Source of the DNA: an uncultured Poribacteria bacterium
GTDB taxonomy: Bacteria > Poribacteria > WGA-4E > WGA-3G
Direction of reading: 5' to 3'
DNA: 64,000 nucleotides
Assembly: GCA_951813565.1 (NCBI GenBank)
Contig: OX638351.1
Span: 3,936,001 to 4,000,000, forward strand
The notes beneath the pieces are model-generated. The model saw nothing but the letters and a program-made list of their open reading frames with translations. It ran no database searches and had not been told where the DNA came from. Below are positions 62,462-64,000 of this stretch, one piece after another; positions within the stretch are counted from its first letter, which is position 1; every line of letters begins with the position of its first letter. Position numbers and translations under genes: made by a program.

Positions 62462-63413
62462 TAATGCGATACTGTCCGTGTCCGAATGCTGTGTGATGCC
62501 CGATGTGTAAATACTCGCCAAGATAGATGAACGGCAGGAACGGTGTCAACTCACCCGTAAAGCGAACCTTCCCGATAAACCCATCCATCGGAATAGAACT
62601 CTCTGCACGATAAGAGTAACGGTTGGACTTGAGCCAGCGGAAACGGGATTCGTGTGTAATAGCACGTGCAGCATCAATCAATGCATGTGCGTCCACATCT
62701 AAATCCTCTCTACAATGAAAATAACTCAAAAAACGGATACGTCTGAGAAGGTTGCGGATAAGATGTTCAAATGTTAACGCGCTTGTCCATCGACCATCAA
62801 CCTTTATACTGGTCGGTGTGAGAAATTCGAGTTCAATTGCATCGCGGTTCTGAGGTGTGCCTTCCAATACATCTGCCAACCCAAGAATAATGCCATCATC
62901 AGCGAGCATCTCAGTTTCTGCGGTGTAAATCGTCTGGCTGTTAGGGCTGCCATGCACTGAGAGGCTTTCGATCTTGTCAAGAAGACACTGCCCGCGCTTG
63001 TCTCGTATACCGATGCGCCGTTTACCTATCTCACGGAAGGTAAACGCTATCCACGGCAACAGGTTGATCGCCTCTCCAATGAGTGTCATACTGCAGACGA
63101 AGGTGTCGTCTGGTGCAAAGTCTGTTTTCTCGGTGTGCGGCGGTTGTAGGATGAACGGATGCGGCGCATAGGGCTGTCCGCGTAGGATGGGACTGTCGGG
63201 TGGAACTGGTGTTTCAAAGCATTTGGAATAGATACACCGATTTGGATGTTGACACTTTTGTTCACACGTTTGCGTTTCTCCGATGCATGCGATGTGGCGG
63301 AGCAGGTATCCGAATCGACTGCGGAAGATGTTGCCTTTGTAGCGTGACATCTTCAGTGGTTCTTGGGCGGTATAGGTGAAGCGGTAGCGGGCAAAGCGGA
63401 AGTTTTTGAGCAT
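62451..63413 (-). CDS. cas6: CRISPR RNA processing endoribonuclease Cas6
   Basis: C-terminal G-rich loop GEYLHIGHHTAFGHG, FLTP, Cys cluster. Confidence 0.9.
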   Translation of the reverse strand: MLKNFRFARYRFTYTAQEPLKMSRYKGNIFRSRFGYLLRHIACIGETQTCEQKCQHPNRCIYSKCFETPVPPDSPILRGQPYAPHPFILQPPHTEKTDFAPDDTFVCSMTLIGEAINLLPWIAFTFREIGKRRIGIRDKRGQCLLDKIESLSVHGSPNSQTIYTAETEMLADDGIILGLADVLEGTPQNRDAIELEFLTPTSIKVDGRWTSALTFEHLIRNLLRRIRFLSYFHCREDLDVDAHALIDAARAITHESRFRWLKSNRYSYRAESSIPMDGFIGKVRFTGELTPFLPFIYLGEYLHIGHHTAFGHGQYRIIPN

Positions 63414-64000
63414 TATGGAAGTGGCGCGATGAATTGATGTTGTTTGTTAAAGTCGTCAGCATCAATACATGCAATCTTTTGTGCCTTCTTGAATTGTTCT
63501 TCAACAGTTGTTTTAAAGGCTTTGAATTCTTTGCTACTGATCATACGCATACCATGTGCGTAGATACTTTGATTCCTCGTTCCCACTTGATTTTGAAACT
63601 TTCCCCAGTCCAAGCCTTGAACAATTTTATCGTCGAGAGCGTGTAATAAAAGGTATCCGTCAACCAATCCAATGGAGGCAGGAAGAGCAGATCTATCTGT
63701 GCGTTGGAAAACTTCCTTCAATTTAGCCGCATACAGATTGAAAATTTCACCCTCATCAATATTAGAATAATTCGGTTTACGAGTATCAATATTGTACCCT
63801 GCAAGACGGTGTTGTTCGATCCACTCAAGAAGCCGATAGAGAATCAGGCAGGCGGTGTTGAGTTTTCCTTGTGCTTCTCGACGGAGTGCATTGTGATAGA
63901 GCATAAACGCAAAGTGAAACCCATTAGGAGCATTGAGTGCCAGTTTTTCATTTTTGAGAAACATCAGTAAAGCTTCCAGTGCTTTTATGTGTTTTTCAAT
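63413..64000 (-). CDS. partial CRISPR accessory effector, TIGR02710/Csm6-like CARF-HEPN (5' end outside window)
   Basis: LYRLLE.I.Q..L and RNQSIYAHG (HEPN R-x-H motif); frame stays open to the window edge. Confidence 0.7.
   Translation of the reverse strand: MEKHIKALEALLMFLKNEKLALNAPNGFHFAFMLYHNALRREAQGKLNTACLILYRLLEWIEQHRLAGYNIDTRKPNYSNIDEGEIFNLYAAKLKEVFQRTDRSALPASIGLVDGYLLLHALDDKIVQGLDWGKFQNQVGTRNQSIYAHGMRMISSKEFKAFKTTVEEQFKKAQKIACIDADDFNKQHQFIAPLP

Overview
Bacterial genomic window, probably Candidatus Poribacteria. This is inferred from the C-terminal 'LLTTTWGxLK' motifs, PhyH/DUF1501/Gfo-Idh-MocA genes, a giant ECF sigma fusion and many REP-bearing MITEs. Bases 1-52.8 kb hold housekeeping and metabolic genes (folD, truA, ggt, pstSCA, M32 peptidase, nucleoside hydrolase), an STT3-like glycosylation cassette, and several IS/MITE insertions. 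One IS701-like element splits an ECF sigma gene and a MITE breaks a tnpB. Bases 53-64 kb are the end of a type III-like CRISPR locus: cas1, a stand-alone reverse transcriptase with an unusual ~130-aa partly hydrophobic insertion, a leader, a 54-repeat array, a P-loop ATPase-Csx3 (Crn3 ring nuclease) fusion directly behind the array, cas2, cas6 and a partial HEPN effector. Main discovery: at least 9 (perhaps ~14) of the 53 spacers, read antisense, translate to pieces of several non-host Csx3/Crn3 ring-nuclease homologues, and some overlap so that they tile the gene. This suggests invaders encode Csx3-type anti-CRISPR ring nucleases whose mRNAs this RT-equipped system repeatedly targets.
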